From NCBI GenBank assembly GCA_018992685.1, contig JACVGT010000019.1, forward strand, positions 64,001 to 128,000: a DNA stretch of 64,000 bases, written 5' to 3'. Shown here piece by piece: positions 9,848 to 20,341 of this stretch. The stretch comes from Theionarchaea archaeon. GTDB lineage: Archaea; Methanobacteriota_B; Thermococci; Methanofastidiosales; SZ-28-30. The notes under the pieces were generated by a model. The model was given only the letters and a program-made list of their open reading frames with translations, was not told where the DNA came from and ran no database searches. Positions within the stretch are counted from its first letter, which is position 1; each line of letters starts with the position of its first letter. The translations under genes were made by a program, and so were the position numbers.

Positions 9848-10960
9848 TCACGAACTGTCACCAGGTGGCTGCTTGTTACTGACGAGATACAACCCTGCGA
9901 AAATCAACAATAATATAGAAGGGAAAAATGACACATCAATGCACATGACAAAAACTGCCAGGACAATCGCATAGTACGGGAGGTTGCGTTGGTCTTTGAG
10001 AGCCTTCCTGTATAGGGTATTCAGCCCGGCACCAAAGAACCCCATCACTCCCAGTTCAAGAATGCCACCATCGAAAATCAGAGGCCCCATAATGGTGGAA
10101 GTGATATTACATGGATACCCAAACAGAAAAGGACCAATCACACTGGAAGAACTGAAATTCGACCATAACCCACCATGTGCAATGCCCCACCATCCTGCTT
10201 CGTGCACAATAGAATGTACGACGCCACAGGTGAAAGCTGAACGGTACAGGAGCAATTCCAGAGCATTGAATTTCCAGTCCTGGTACATCACACCGAGATA
10301 TCCCATGCCCACCACCAGCAGGAACAGGGGGACTGCTGAAACAACCATGTGACGAATCCTGATCTTGTCCAGCATATACAGAGATACAAAGACCACAAGT
10401 ATCAATTCCAGAATGTAAGCTCTGTAGGTAAATAATGATAGCAGAGCCAGAGCAGCCACAAAAGATAATCCTACCCTTTTCAGATCCCACTCTCTGGTCA
10501 TGAATGCCAGTCCCAGAAACACAAAAACATATCCTGCAATAAACACGATATTGACATTTGCCTGTCTCAATTCCGGGTCAAGAGCAGGGACTCCTTTCAG
10601 TACCAGCTGGGTCAAGATCAACACGATTCCAAGGGGAAAAAACCATTTCTTATCCAGACTCTGAATTGCTGCAAGAGAACCAATTGTCACAAAGGGCAAA
10701 ATGAGTCCGGGGAGGTGATATTCCTGATACGCGTAGAAGGTGGCCAGTACCACTGTTATGGCATAGTACAGGGTTCTGCTGTCTGGAAGGACTATCTGGC
10801 ATCCTGCTATATACCAAATGAGTCCCACGCCAACAAAGAGCACGGTCCGGGGATATAAGAAGAACCTGTCAGAAACATAGGAAAAACTCAGAACTCCAAT
10901 GACCGTGTACGCCACAAATCCAACGACAAAAATGTAGGGAGACACCAGCTTGTACTGCAT
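9848..10960 (-). CDS. Archaeal O-antigen/oligosaccharide repeat-unit polymerase-like membrane protein (DUF70 type)
   Basis: About 11 TM segments; motifs YRA, LYRSAFT, ITSTIMGPLIFDGG. Confidence 0.6.
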   Translation of the reverse strand: MQYKLVSPYIFVVGFVAYTVIGVLSFSYVSDRFFLYPRTVLFVGVGLIWYIAGCQIVLPDSRTLYYAITVVLATFYAYQEYHLPGLILPFVTIGSLAAIQSLDKKWFFPLGIVLILTQLVLKGVPALDPELRQANVNIVFIAGYVFVFLGLAFMTREWDLKRVGLSFVAALALLSLFTYRAYILELILVVFVSLYMLDKIRIRHMVVSAVPLFLLVVGMGYLGVMYQDWKFNALELLLYRSAFTCGVVHSIVHEAGWWGIAHGGLWSNFSSSSVIGPFLFGYPCNITSTIMGPLIFDGGILELGVMGFFGAGLNTLYRKALKDQRNLPYYAIVLAVFVMCIDVSFFPSILLLIFAGLYLVSNKQPPGDSS

Positions 10961-10990
10961 GCACCATCACAGGGAGTACCTTTAAAATCT

Positions 10991-12073
10991 TTACGGCAGG
11001 AAGTCCTTGTGCTCGATCTTCTCAGGAAGATACTCCTTTGCCACAAATTCAAGGCTCTTATTGGCCAGAGCCTGCTGCTCAATTCTCACTCCCAATTTCA
11101 AGCACAATTCCAGCTCTTTCTGCCATTTCTTATGTCTGAACCATTCGTAGGACTTCAGTTCCTTTATCCGTGACTTGTCAGTGTTTTTCAATTTCTCTGT
11201 CACTGAATGCAGCCCATACTGTTCAATGTCTCTCATGGTCATGCCCACGAATTTGGCATCCGGCACACTCAGTCGTTTGGAAAGGTATGCCAGATTCATA
11301 GACCCTTGTTTAATGGTGGAATAGATGTACCATCCATACGGGTCGCCATCAGTAAAGATGATAACAGGTAAGGTCCTCTCATAGTGTAATCGGTGTATCA
11401 GCCGTCTCACGCCCCGGGGAGCCTGACCCTGACAGGCAATGATGATTGCGCCATTATTCTGAGCGAATTTTTCCTCAATCAGTCGATCTGCCATGGCAGC
11501 AGTCTCTACCACCAGAATGTACTCTGCACTGACCTCAGGGAACTCAATATCTTCCACAGTACCAGGAACGGCCCATCCTCCCCTCCCCAGTCTGCTGGCA
11601 TTGAATTCATCACCATCATCTCGTATCACAATATCACCGTACATGTACCCGCGCCTGTCAGCCGTTAGATTGAGTTGCTCTCTCAGGAGATCAAGGGAGA
11701 CTTCAATGTCCTCAGCAATGGCATTGCTCTCGGTCTGATCATCAAACGTGTTCTCTCTCGATCCTGAAATACTGTGTTTCAGGGCATAGTACAGTTCACG
11801 AATGCCGGCATGCTTTCCTTCCTCCACCAGCCTCCTGCAGTAGCTGGCCACTAGCAACGTCTGCATGAACTTTCGTGTATGAGCCACATTCATGTAGTAT
11901 CTCTTGGAATGCTTGTCTCCCAGGACCAGCATTCTGCTGCTCTCGTCGAAACTGACATTACCCAATCCCCGTTGGGGAATCTTCATATAGGGACTTCTTC
12001 CCTTGTCAATCTGATCGTATACTGATAGCCCGAATTGTTCAAGGCTTTCTTCAATTTTCTTCATGATAATCAC
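10991..12073 (-). CDS. top6A: DNA topoisomerase VI subunit A
   Basis: RELYY catalytic Tyr, TOPRIM VVET and TDGDPYG, EQQAL. Confidence 0.97.
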   Translation of the reverse strand: MIIMKKIEESLEQFGLSVYDQIDKGRSPYMKIPQRGLGNVSFDESSRMLVLGDKHSKRYYMNVAHTRKFMQTLLVASYCRRLVEEGKHAGIRELYYALKHSISGSRENTFDDQTESNAIAEDIEVSLDLLREQLNLTADRRGYMYGDIVIRDDGDEFNASRLGRGGWAVPGTVEDIEFPEVSAEYILVVETAAMADRLIEEKFAQNNGAIIIACQGQAPRGVRRLIHRLHYERTLPVIIFTDGDPYGWYIYSTIKQGSMNLAYLSKRLSVPDAKFVGMTMRDIEQYGLHSVTEKLKNTDKSRIKELKSYEWFRHKKWQKELELCLKLGVRIEQQALANKSLEFVAKEYLPEKIEHKDFLP

Positions 12074-13626
12074 TCCGCCTGTTCACCATATTTCTTGGCA
12101 ATGACTGCATACAGCTTCTCTTCCACAGAAGAGTTCTTTTCCATCTTGATAAGGTTGCTCAGAGCGCGTGCAGTCTCTGGAGCATACTTACGGAGAGTAT
12201 CCCGTTTCTTCTTCTTCTCGTGAGCCCGTCTCTTTCCTCTGAGAAAACTCTTCAGGGATCTGCCTGCATCCATGACTCCATTCCTGATTTCAGAGTAGAT
12301 CTCCTCTTCCATGGCGACGGCCTGCTTCCCTGCAGACGTGTAGGGGATGTGTGTGGAAACCAGGTTAATAAAGAGGGTCAGAGGTGTCTTGTCCTCTTCT
12401 TTCACTCCATACCGCTTCCATTCTACAGAGTTTACTGCTTCAGTAATAGCACAGCCTCCCTGGTCAAAAATGAGAGGTGCGCTATTGGCGTAGCGAATAA
12501 TGTCGATACCATTGGTGGAGTTGTGGTTTCCCCCATATGCAACGCCCACTTCTACAATAAAGGGAATTCCTCCTTTGTAGGTGACTGCAGAGCGGGTGGT
12601 GGCATACACAAACTCTGGGTCTATGGTGGATTCCAGGCCCTTCCTCACATTCTCATCTCCTATGGCGATCAGTCCTTCTGTAGGTGGTGCCATGAATTTC
12701 ACCTGACTGAAGGCCTGCACCAGCTCTTCTGCTTCCTTCCAGGTCAGCTTGCCGGGATTCTTGCCCAGAGAAAAGGAAATCAACTTCTCTATATCTCTCA
12801 GGCGAGTCTTACTTATGCGAACGAAATCATTGAGGAGAAATGAGGAAACGGTTCTCTTATCCGTATGCCTGGCCATCAAGAGCATGTCATGAGGAGAAAT
12901 TCCCTGCGGGTGGGGTTTGATCTCCTTGGGAGATTTAGGAATTGTGGTGATGCTGCGCTCGAAGAGGAGCTTTGAGCCATCGGGCTCGACAAACGTGATG
13001 GTAGCATGAGGGTTGGAAATGGATGTCATCCGCAAGTAATTGTACGGGCTATACCGGGATTTGTTGTACAGCACTTTCTTGGCCTCAACCAAGAGCTTTG
13101 TCCCCCTCCACTTCTCGTCATTCTTCCGTTTTTTCTTGTGGACAATTCTCCCGATGTTGTGTTCCACATCAATCTGTACTTCGCATTTTACGATATGTGA
13201 ATCGCCGGTAGAAGTAATGACAACTGAGGGTTTCCCAGTGGTAACCTGAGAGTACATGACTGCGCCCGAAATGCCGATTCCCTGCTGGCCCCGGGACTGG
13301 ATATTACGGTGGGCTTTACTTCCTGCCAGCATGCGTCCAAAGACCTCCGGAATATAACCCAAGGGAATGCCTGATGCATTATCCTCAATGGCAACCCTGT
13401 AGTGCTCGCTACCCAGTTCCTCAATTTCAACTCTGATATCGGGGAGAATTCGTGCATCTTCGCACGCATCCAGTGCATTGGTTACTCCTTCGTGGATCAA
13501 GGTGGTCAACGAGCGAATCTTCCCCGTGTAGCCCAGCATGGCTGCATTCTTCCTGAAGAATTCGGAAACACTCTGCACCCTGAAATCCTTGAAGATGTCA
13601 TTAGCGTGACGGCTTTCCTGATTCAT
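12070..13626 (-). CDS. top6B: DNA topoisomerase VI subunit B
   Basis: [37 protein letters not shown] (GHKL ATPase), PYTSAGKQA. Confidence 0.97.
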   Translation of the reverse strand: MNQESRHANDIFKDFRVQSVSEFFRKNAAMLGYTGKIRSLTTLIHEGVTNALDACEDARILPDIRVEIEELGSEHYRVAIEDNASGIPLGYIPEVFGRMLAGSKAHRNIQSRGQQGIGISGAVMYSQVTTGKPSVVITSTGDSHIVKCEVQIDVEHNIGRIVHKKKRKNDEKWRGTKLLVEAKKVLYNKSRYSPYNYLRMTSISNPHATITFVEPDGSKLLFERSITTIPKSPKEIKPHPQGISPHDMLLMARHTDKRTVSSFLLNDFVRISKTRLRDIEKLISFSLGKNPGKLTWKEAEELVQAFSQVKFMAPPTEGLIAIGDENVRKGLESTIDPEFVYATTRSAVTYKGGIPFIVEVGVAYGGNHNSTNGIDIIRYANSAPLIFDQGGCAITEAVNSVEWKRYGVKEEDKTPLTLFINLVSTHIPYTSAGKQAVAMEEEIYSEIRNGVMDAGRSLKSFLRGKRRAHEKKKKRDTLRKYAPETARALSNLIKMEKNSSVEEKLYAVIAKKYGEQAE

Positions 13627-13704
13627 GAAGATACCTCATTTGTAGTAATTCCGATCTTTTCATGGTTTACGTAATATTCTACTGTTTCATCTTTTCGGGC
13701 ATAC

Positions 13705-13719
13705 CTTATAAAATTTGCG
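13705..13719 (-). promoter_or_regulatory. BRE/TATA promoter of top6BA
   Basis: cgcaaattttataag on the minus strand upstream of top6B. Confidence 0.55.
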
Positions 13720-13783
13720 GTAGTGCAGGAGAAAAGTGAAAATCGCAGAGAGTGCACCGTCGGAAGGCGATGACAAGACGTTC

Positions 13784-14188
13784 TCAACCCTTCCTGGTAA
13801 CCAGCACATCTTCCTTTTCTAACAAATAGTAAATCGTTCTCCTGGGAATTCTTAATCTCCTGGAGATTTCAGTTATTGGCGTACCTTCCTTCAAAAGCCT
13901 GGAAATCTCCTTGATATCCTGTTCTGTGTAGCGAGGGGGTCTTCCCACTGGAATATCTCCTTTCTGTAGGGAGACACGGGCTTTCTCCAGGTAGGCCCTG
14001 ACTCGCTGAGAAGTCTGGACAAAAATGCTGGGAGGCAGGATGACGACCTTGAGGTTTTCTCCATGCTCCAGGAGGGCCAAAAGCACATCCATACCCAGAA
14101 TACGTGGAACATATACCCTTCTTTCTGAGAATCCTTCCTTGATCTCAGCGATCAATGCCTCCTTATTTCTGGACTCAAAGACTTTAAT
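13784..14188 (-). CDS. DUF1699-like protein with C-terminal HTH; start probably ATT 14188 (alternative TTG 14155)
   Basis: PPSIFVQTSQRV...GRPPRY...ISRRLRIPRRTIYY. The frame stays open up to the GGGPS TGA. Confidence 0.7.
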   Translation of the reverse strand: MKVFESRNKEALIAEIKEGFSERRVYVPRILGMDVLLALLEHGENLKVVILPPSIFVQTSQRVRAYLEKARVSLQKGDIPVGRPPRYTEQDIKEISRLLKEGTPITEISRRLRIPRRTIYYLLEKEDVLVTRKG

Positions 14189-14944
14189 TCAGGATTCCCC
14201 CTTGATTGCTCTTACTATGGGAGACAATACACGTTCAATGTTCTCTGCCTTCTCTATGATGGTGCCTGTCACCACAATATCTGCCCCTGCTTTTACCACC
14301 CGGGAGGCCTGTTCTGGGGTGCGAATTCCTCCTCCCACCACAATAGGAATATCCACCATCATCCGCACCATGGAAATCATGCTGTCAGGTACTGGCTCTG
14401 AAGCACCCGACCCTGCCTCCAGATAGATCAGGTCCATGCCCATGAACTGAGCAGCTAGGGCATAGGCAGCTGCTATCTTGGGTTTCCTCCGTGGGATAGC
14501 ATCGGCCTCAGCTACCCATCCCACTGTTTCCCCGGGCTCCACCACAAGGTACCCCATGGGCAGTGGTTCCAACTGGAACATTTTCACAGAATATGCCCCC
14601 AGGGCCTGGGCCTTCGTGATGAAGTAGGGATTTCTAGAGTTCAGAATACTCATGAAGAAGATGGCATCTGCATACGAAGAAACTGCAGACCAATTACCGG
14701 GGAAAATGATCACTGGCAGGGTACAGCCCTTCTTGATGCCCTTAATGGTGAGATCATTAATCTGCCCTACTGCAGAGCTAGAACCCCCCACCATGATGGC
14801 GTCACATCCTGCCTTTTCAATGGCAGCAGCCATTTTGTCAACAGTTTCAATATCCACTCCATCGGGGTCAATCAGGGCAAAATGAAGCTTTTCCGTGGCA
14901 AGCTTCCTGGCAATGTAGTCAGAGACCTTTCCCATGACCTTCAC
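14189..14944 (-). CDS. Geranylgeranylglyceryl phosphate synthase
   Basis: [33 protein letters not shown]. Confidence 0.95.
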   Translation of the reverse strand: MKVMGKVSDYIARKLATEKLHFALIDPDGVDIETVDKMAAAIEKAGCDAIMVGGSSSAVGQINDLTIKGIKKGCTLPVIIFPGNWSAVSSYADAIFFMSILNSRNPYFITKAQALGAYSVKMFQLEPLPMGYLVVEPGETVGWVAEADAIPRRKPKIAAAYALAAQFMGMDLIYLEAGSGASEPVPDSMISMVRMMVDIPIVVGGGIRTPEQASRVVKAGADIVVTGTIIEKAENIERVLSPIVRAIKGES

Positions 14945-15084
14945 GCCCTGCGTTCTTTTGCCTTGGGCCTGAGTTTATCATATCCACATTTTCTGCATCG
15001 CTTCGCCCGCCAGGCGTTTCTGGCATTGCACTTCATACAGATTCTCACGTTGAACAGTCTTTTCTGAGCTTCAGGTGATTTCAA
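14941..15084 (-). CDS. rpl40e: 50S ribosomal protein L40e (not in the ORF track)
   Basis: Manual translation [47 protein letters not shown]; TTG start with aggag upstream. Confidence 0.95.
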   Translation of the reverse strand: MKSPEAQKRLFNVRICMKCNARNAWRAKRCRKCGYDKLRPKAKERRA

Positions 15085-15088
15085 ATTC

Positions 15089-15580
15089 TCACTCTCCTAA
15101 GTATGTTTGCTGAATACTGATGACTTCCTTGCTGGATTGAGCTTGGGCATACGATTCAAGCAATTCTTGGTTCAGACGCATAAAAGTCTTTCCCCACCTG
15201 AACTTCGAGAGGATACTTAAAGCTTTCGACTTTTCCTCCAGAATGTACAGAGCAGCAGCGAGAGCTTCCGCTGTAGACAGCTTGGTGGGCTTGCCGAAGT
15301 TCACAGGGTTTGCTGCCACAAGGTAAGGGAGGGCTCTCCTGTGTCTGAACTTCTTGGTGAACTGGGGTTTCCTATTCCAGGAATAGTCCAGGGCTGTCAA
15401 AGAAGAGTACATGGCATCTTCAGGGGAGAGGGCTCTGATACTGAATGGATCCAAGACAAGGGTGGAATAGGGGATCTCCCGGAATGAATGAACAATAGTA
15501 ACTAGGTTGAATTTAGCAAGCCGAAGAGCGGTGCATTTCTTTGGGTCGCAGTGTCCAGCGTGATAAACATAAATATTCAC
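15089..15580 (-). CDS. tsr3: 16S rRNA aminocarboxypropyltransferase Tsr3
   Basis: [37 protein letters not shown]. Confidence 0.93.
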   Translation of the reverse strand: MNIYVYHAGHCDPKKCTALRLAKFNLVTIVHSFREIPYSTLVLDPFSIRALSPEDAMYSSLTALDYSWNRKPQFTKKFRHRRALPYLVAANPVNFGKPTKLSTAEALAAALYILEEKSKALSILSKFRWGKTFMRLNQELLESYAQAQSSKEVISIQQTYLGE

Positions 15581-15919
15581 AGATTCACAAAAGAAGGAAC
15601 CTTTTTAAAGTTCACCGTTCTCCATCTCGGAAGAACGTGGACTGTGAGTGTGGGATTTTGAATACCTTCACTCTGTGTACGCCGGCCAGCTGATTATCTC
15701 CATATGTTGTTTCTTCTCCCAGGTGCGAGAAGCTCTCCACAATAGTTCCTGGTGGAAGCAATGCCCAGAACGGTGCAACCCCCTGGAATGACCACAGTGC
15801 TCATGATGTGTGAGAGCCCATACCGAGGCTGCCCAGTCCAGGAATCAGCCAAAAGATATATATTACTTAAACGCAGGATGAAGAGGTAGAAAAGAACCGT
15901 CGAATTGGAGATGTACATC

Positions 15920-16144
15920 ATGAACTGGCTCGGCAAAATTGGGGTTACGCTTTTCCTGGCAGGGTGGACGTGCTTCTTCAGTATGTTTGTTGCTGCATTC
16001 CTGGGAGGTCCGAAGTTTCTGTTCCAGATTCTCCTCATGGGATTTTCCTTGGATGCCTTTCTGGGATTTGTTCTTATGTTCATATCGGTCTTGTATGATC
16101 GGTACAGGCAGTTGAAAACCGAAGAGATTCACCCCCGGATCTAG
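15920..16144 (+). CDS. Small 2-TM hypothetical membrane protein
   Basis: Two hydrophobic helices and a charged tail; ggag SD; upstream aaaagatatata TATA. Confidence 0.6.
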   Translation: MNWLGKIGVTLFLAGWTCFFSMFVAAFLGGPKFLFQILLMGFSLDAFLGFVLMFISVLYDRYRQLKTEEIHPRI

Positions 16145-16238
16145 GGATGATGCTGAAGGTGTGAGAACACGTTCTCAATGGCGCTCCTGGGTGCAGAGAG
16201 GAGAACAACCTTTTTAACATTTGACAAAACACTGTTTC

Positions 16239-17306
16239 ATGGTATGGCGCTACCTTGAAGTCAGAGAACGTGATGTGCCCAGATGCAATGCAATCCATGC
16301 TGTTCTGGCAAAGGGCATCAATCAGGGAATAACCCCCAATACTGTCTTTCTGGAGGAATGTCCAGACTATGTTCTATCTCTGGGAAGAAACCAATGTCCT
16401 GAGGAGGAAATACACATTGAAGCATGCAGAGCCCTGAATGTGAAGATTGAGCGCAGGGACACAGGAGGAGGAGCAGGGCTCATGGTCCCCGGTTCTACCT
16501 CATGGGGAGTCTGTGTTGATATTGCAGATCCTCTGGTCTCCCATGACATGAATGAAAACATGAGAAGGTTTTCTGAAGGAGTTGTGAGAGGTCTTCAGAT
16601 TTTAGGACTGAACGCCTACTTTTCCCCTGTCAATGATATTGACGTTGATGGAAAAAAAATAGGGGGAATCACTGCCCTGGTGAGAGGGAAGGCTCTCCTG
16701 ATTTATGGATCAGTGATTGCAGATTTTGACGCAGAGAAGTGGACACACGTCTCAAGGGCCCCGCCCATAAAGCTAGAGAAAAAGGGCGTTTCCTCAATAA
16801 GAAAGAGAATGACCACCCTCACGCAAGAACTGGGTGGAACGACCCCCCCTTCACAGGTTCGGGAAGCTCTTGTCAAGGGATATGAAGAAAGTCTTCATGT
16901 CACCCTGGAGAAGAAAGGGCTGTCTCCCGCTGAACTGGAGATTTGGGAAAAAGAAATCAAGCGGTTTTCTTCGCCAGATTTCGTCTTGAGACCCCGACAT
17001 CCATGTAGGCTGCGGCTGGGAAAATACGTACATCCTGCAGAAAAAGGGATTATCATTGTTTCTGTGTACCTGCTCGAGGGGAAGATAGCTGATCTCGGCA
17101 TATCGGGAGATTTCATGCAGATTTCTGATTTCGACTTTGAAGAACTGACAGGCCACCTCTTTGGCCTCCCCGCAGAAAAGGAGTGTATTTACACGGCAGT
17201 TACAAATTTCTTCCAAAAGAAGAACGCAACTCTCCTGGGAGTCACCCCGGAAGACTTTGCACAGGCAATCACTGGTGCTGTATCATCGTTTCAAGAAGAT
17301 GAGTGA
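16239..17306 (+). CDS. lplA: Lipoate-protein ligase A (catalytic plus C-terminal domain)
   Basis: SLGRNQ, RRDTGGGA, NDIDVDGKKIGG, C-terminal ISGDF. Confidence 0.9.
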   Translation: MVWRYLEVRERDVPRCNAIHAVLAKGINQGITPNTVFLEECPDYVLSLGRNQCPEEEIHIEACRALNVKIERRDTGGGAGLMVPGSTSWGVCVDIADPLVSHDMNENMRRFSEGVVRGLQILGLNAYFSPVNDIDVDGKKIGGITALVRGKALLIYGSVIADFDAEKWTHVSRAPPIKLEKKGVSSIRKRMTTLTQELGGTTPPSQVREALVKGYEESLHVTLEKKGLSPAELEIWEKEIKRFSSPDFVLRPRHPCRLRLGKYVHPAEKGIIIVSVYLLEGKIADLGISGDFMQISDFDFEELTGHLFGLPAEKECIYTAVTNFFQKKNATLLGVTPEDFAQAITGAVSSFQEDE

Positions 17307-17727
17307 TCAGACGTGCAGCCTCAGGAATCGCCTTCTGGACGGGTTCTGTCGGTGACTCAGAAAAGGTCTCTGTGTCCTGAACCTCAATTCCCACCACGAC
17401 GATGCGAGAAGGCATTTCCCCAGGAAAGAGGGTCTTCCCCAGGTTGATGGCTTCAGAGAACGACACATCATGGCTGGAAGACGTGTGAAGCGCCCCTGAG
17501 ATCTGTGATTCATTCAGAACAGAAATAGTCCCTGGAGGGTTACCAAGCTTTACTGCATCCACTACGATCACCACGTCATATCCCAGAATGTGGTCCAGCA
17601 AGGAAAATCCACCAACAGACGCCTCCACCACATTTGCCGGGACATCCTCCAGTTCTCTCACGGTAAGAATCCCCACGGCATCATCACTCAAAATGGGATT
17701 TCCAATGCCCATAACAAGTATTTTCAT
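17269..17727 (-). CDS. Hydrogenase maturation protease
   Basis: GIGNPILSDDAVG, VDAV, SSHD. Confidence 0.92.
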   Translation of the reverse strand: MKILVMGIGNPILSDDAVGILTVRELEDVPANVVEASVGGFSLLDHILGYDVVIVVDAVKLGNPPGTISVLNESQISGALHTSSSHDVSFSEAINLGKTLFPGEMPSRIVVVGIEVQDTETFSESPTEPVQKAIPEAARLITHLLETMIQHQ

Positions 17728-18152
17728 TTTTTGTCCTTTTGCACAGCTTTGATTTCTGCGTCCAGCCAGTGATGTATCTCATCTCGCTCTGACATCAGGT
17801 GAGCCAGGTCATCCATAGAATCTGGTTTCACCAGAATGAGCCATCCATCACCGTACGGATCATCATGTACGGGGGAGGGAGCATCCAGGAGAGGGGCATT
17901 CGTGTCCACCACCTCTCCAGATACCGGCATGACCATTTCTCCAACCCATTTCCCCGATTCCACAGTGCCAAAGATGTCATCTCTTTCAAAGTGTGTCCCC
18001 TTTGGAGGAAGATCTACATATTCGATCTTTCCAGCCAGTTTCACTGCAAAATCGATGACACCTATCCTGAGAACATCTCCTTCACGACGTACCCATGCAT
18101 ACTCTCTGGAATAGAACAGGTCGTCAGGCATGTCGTAGTCTCCAACCTTCAT
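17724..18152 (-). CDS. gcvH: Glycine cleavage H-like lipoyl carrier protein
   Basis: GTVESGKWV lipoyl-Lys motif, PVSGEV, DPYGDGW. TATA tttttatag about 22 nt upstream of ATG 18152. Confidence 0.88.
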   Translation of the reverse strand: MKVGDYDMPDDLFYSREYAWVRREGDVLRIGVIDFAVKLAGKIEYVDLPPKGTHFERDDIFGTVESGKWVGEMVMPVSGEVVDTNAPLLDAPSPVHDDPYGDGWLILVKPDSMDDLAHLMSERDEIHHWLDAEIKAVQKDKK

Positions 18153-18882
18153 GAAAGAAGGTACGAGACAGTCTATAAAAAGATGCTGGTACTGGGAAAG
18201 AAGGTATCTCCCGCCAGTGTGCCTGTTGGACACTCCACAAGGGCTCAGCCATCCACATGGGATAGCATGGCGCGTGAGAACCCGGGGACGTCTTCCTGGC
18301 CCCGTCCCTCTCCGGACAGCAAGCACCATTACACAGGTACCCATCAGCTACTCTCTGATCCCTTCCTGCCTCATCTTTTGTGCATGGGAAGCTGTATTTG
18401 TTGTATCATTGCGAAAGAAACCACACGGAAAGAGGAAAATCAACTTCTCGGTATTTTCAGCGGGCTCTCAGCTAAAAAGAATATCTCAAAAACACAGAAC
18501 ATAAGAAAGATCGAATTACGCATTTAAGAAACCCAAAGATTTATAAAGTAAATGATACCCATTGTAGATGATTGGGAGGGTAAATCCCCCAGAGGCTCAA
18601 CAAACTATTGCCCCCATATTCTCCTTCTTAAACACGAGGCCTCTCAAGTGGAGAGCCCATATCCCAATCAATATTGTGAGTCCATGGTCTTACTTTTTCA
18701 CCTCTCTCGCATCAGAAGGGTTCGCAGTCCCACTATATGGATTCTCCAAGCACCAGAAAGAGGCATGACAGGATCTTTGCGGGGATTCTCCTCTTGAAGT
18801 GCATCAGGTCGCATCGCATGAATTCCAGCATCAGAAGGTGAGAACCGTAATCTATAAATATTGTCATTTGGAAAGAGAGAAC

Positions 18883-19587
18883 ATGAAAAAGGTGAAAACA
18901 GGTGTTGCTGGATTGGACAAGATGCTAAACGGCGGTCTCATTGCAGAACGACCCTATCTTGTTTCAGGTGTCCCGGGTGCAGGAAAATCTATATTCGGGA
19001 TGCAATTTCTCATGCAGGCTGTCCAGGAAGGCAAGAGTGGTATCTACATTACCATGGAAGAAAGGAAAAGGGGATTGAAGCAGAACTTCGAGGTCTTTGG
19101 CTGGGATATTGACAAAGTCCGCGTGGTGGAAGCTACGCCTGAGCTGGGCAACAACATGTGGGAAATCCGGGCTGAAGCATCCTTCATTAACATGACTCTT
19201 AACATGAACAATCTTACTGACACCATTCGACAGCATCTGGTTTCAGGCGTTGATCGGATTGTACTGGATTCAATCACCACGCTCAAGATGCTGTATCCGT
19301 CCCAGGTAGATGCCAGAAGGGAAATTCTCTCCATGATTCACTTTCTGACCGATACAGGCTGCACATCCTTGCTGCTGGCAGAGAAGTGGGATGATGGAAG
19401 ATCAATGGAAAGCTTCCTGGCAGAGGGATCAATTGAACTACGGATCATTGAAGAAAAAGGAATAAAGAAAAGGGCTATTGAAATAAAGAAAATGCGAGGG
19501 ACTGACTTCGACGAGCAGTGGAGGCCCATGAAGATCACCAGACAGGGAATCATTGTCTACGCAGATGAAGCGCTGTTCAAGCCGTGA
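18883..19587 (+). CDS. KaiC/RAD55-like RecA-superfamily ATPase (single domain)
   Basis: TGVAGLDKMLNGG, Walker A GVPGAGKS, IVLDSIT, KMRGT. Confidence 0.9.
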   Translation: MKKVKTGVAGLDKMLNGGLIAERPYLVSGVPGAGKSIFGMQFLMQAVQEGKSGIYITMEERKRGLKQNFEVFGWDIDKVRVVEATPELGNNMWEIRAEASFINMTLNMNNLTDTIRQHLVSGVDRIVLDSITTLKMLYPSQVDARREILSMIHFLTDTGCTSLLLAEKWDDGRSMESFLAEGSIELRIIEEKGIKKRAIEIKKMRGTDFDEQWRPMKITRQGIIVYADEALFKP

Positions 19588-19591
19588 TACC

Positions 19592-20023
19592 ATGTTTGAA
19601 GTGGCCATTTCTTTGAACAGCAAAGAGGCCAGTTCACGACTTTTGGCGTTGCTAGAAGAACAGAAATTCGATTATCAGATCATCAGAGGAATCCGTGACC
19701 CAGAAGGATACAGGGAGCTGGAAGTGAGAGTGCTCTATCCCTCGATTTTCTGGGTTACCATTACACCCTCGAAAGACAAGAAATTCAAGGTTGCATCATT
19801 ATTCAGTGTACATGGGTTAGAAAGCAAATTCGAGCAACAGGGAGAAACGTACGAGCTGGGACCTCAACTGGCCCGTCAGCACATGGAAAGTCTGCTCTTC
19901 AAGTTCATTTACGCAGGGGAAAGACCTTGGAGTTTTGAGAAGGGCTCCTTCTTCTCTCGGGTGGAGCCAGAAAAAGTAGCCGCCAAGCAGAAATGGGAAA
20001 AATTTTTGGGAGAGGAACTGTAG
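19592..20023 (+). CDS. Hypothetical protein cotranscribed with the KaiC-like gene
   Basis: Open frame starting 4 nt after the previous stop, protein-like composition. Confidence 0.65.
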   Translation: MFEVAISLNSKEASSRLLALLEEQKFDYQIIRGIRDPEGYRELEVRVLYPSIFWVTITPSKDKKFKVASLFSVHGLESKFEQQGETYELGPQLARQHMESLLFKFIYAGERPWSFEKGSFFSRVEPEKVAAKQKWEKFLGEEL

Positions 20024-20031
20024 AACCAGAA

Positions 20032-20229
20032 CTATCCTCCCTGAGTAAAAGCCATGAGCAAGAACCAGCCGATGATTACTGCAAAAGACCCGTAGAACAG
20101 CAATTGAGTCCTTCGAGCTTTCTTTCTCCTCTCTTCGTAGATACTTTCACATCGATCCGAGCAGAACTTTTCATCTGTCGGAATTGCTTTTTCGCAAATA
20201 ATGCAGTGTCTGTGTTGCTGAATTGCCAT
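20032..20229 (-). CDS. DUF2116 family Zn-ribbon membrane protein
   Basis: HRHCIICEKAIP..FCSDRC followed by a C-terminal TM helix; SD aggtga. Confidence 0.85.
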   Translation of the reverse strand: MAIQQHRHCIICEKAIPTDEKFCSDRCESIYEERRKKARRTQLLFYGSFAVIIGWFLLMAFTQGG

Positions 20230-20341
20230 GTCATCACCTACACCGGTTTCAAGAGCACACTTATAAGGGTTTGCATGATCATTATCATCTTCAAAATGCA
20301 GAAAACCTCACCAGAAGCTGCAGGATTTGTCACAACCATCG

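Noticed and set aside
15600-15860. Intergenic stretch considered as RNase P RNA
   Set aside because: The conserved GAGGAAAGUCC and AACAGAA..GGCUUA elements were not found on either strand.
18190-18360. GC-rich hairpin region (gggacg...cgtccc) considered as SRP RNA or a riboswitch
   Set aside because: It lacks the SRP helix-8 motif and lies upstream of the gcvH TATA box, so it is not a 5' UTR.
18777-18790. 14-mer ttgcggggattctc repeated at 21902-21915
   Set aside because: No extended similarity or terminal repeats; a few such matches are expected by chance in 64 kb.
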